DNA from: Prorocentrum cordatum | Lineage: Eukaryota | DNA: 64,000 nucleotides | Assembly: GCA_963575745.1 (NCBI GenBank) | Contig: CAUYUJ010000202.1 | Location: 1-64,000, forward strand | Direction: 5' to 3' | Part shown: piece by piece, positions 63,235-64,000 of the stretch | Numbering within the stretch: the stretch's first letter is position 1 | Layout: each line of letters opens with the position of its first letter | Translations under genes and position numbers: made by a program | The notes under the pieces: model-generated | Told to the model about the DNA's origin: nothing | Seen by the model: only the letters and a program-made list of their open reading frames with translations | The model's database searches: none

Positions 63235-64000
63235 CGCCGAGACCACGAAAGTAGCGGCAGTTGCGCAGTTAGCAGTCCCCCAGGGGAGCCGCGAGGTCCC
63301 AACGTGGCCTGCGTACCGCTCCACTTCGCTGGATCCCCCAGGCGCTCATGAAAGTGGCGACGCTTTTGCAGGCTGTGCAGCTTACTAGGGGAGCCGCGAG
63401 GTCTCCTCGGGGTCTGCGTACCACTCCACTCCTCCGGATTCCCCCCTGGAGCCCACGAAAGTAGCGACAGTTGCACACCAAGCAGCCCCCCCCCGGGAAC
63501 CGCGAGGTCCCGACGGGGTTTGCGCCCCACTCCGCTGGACCTCCCAGGGGCCCACGAAACTGGCGACACTTGCGCGCACGAAAATGGTGAGACAGTTGCG
63601 CACTTCGTTGCCCCCCCTACAGGAGCCACGAGGTCCCAACGGGGTCTGCTTACCAGGAGCCCACGATCTTGGCGACAGTTGCGCAATTCGCAGCACCCCT
63701 AGCGGAGCCGCGAGGTCCCAACAGGATTTGCGTAACCTTCCACCCCGCTGGATCTCCCAGGAGCTCACGACAGTGGCGACAGTTGCGCACGTCGCAGCAC
63801 CCCAGGGGAGCCGCGAGGTCCCAACGGGGACTGCGTGCCATTTCGTCCCATTGCACCTCCCAGGAGCCCACGATAGTGGCGATAGTTGCGCAGAGGGGAG
63901 CAGAGGCGCACCAGCGGGGTCTGTGTACCAATCCACTCTGCTGGACCTCCCATGGCCCTGCGACGCTGGCGACGGTTGCGTCCAGGGGAGCCGCGAAATC
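63235..64000 (-). repeat. Same ~103-bp minisatellite family, inverted; runs off the window
   Basis: CTGGACCTCCCAGG.GCCCACGAAA and GGAGCCGCGAGGTC are reverse complements of the 41150 unit. Confidence 0.85.

Overview
Repeat-saturated, GC-rich eukaryotic DNA, most likely dinoflagellate. That assignment is an inference from tiny exons, GC/GA splice donors, AG|G acceptors and huge microsatellite tracts. Almost all ORFs in the supplied track are artefacts of simple repeats. The one recognisable host gene is a + strand calcium-dependent protein kinase (CDPK/CAMK group), which I assembled by eye from 8 micro-exons of 18-72 nt spread over about 27 kb (32969-60238): [128 protein letters not shown]. It probably continues past the window. 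None of these eight exons has a GT donor, most junctions look like target-site duplications (Introner-type intron gain), and one intron has no AG acceptor. Also present: a dead non-LTR retrotransposon RT (- strand, 27091-28527); more than 20 MITE-like insertions with 8-bp, TA and unusual 5-bp TSDs; a family anchored on (GAG)n tracts that carries ~83-bp repeats; a 472-bp spacerless palindrome; several minisatellites; and scattered exon-like fragments of an unidentified upstream gene. All calls are manual. Exon and TSD coordinates were counted base by base; repeat boundaries are approximate.
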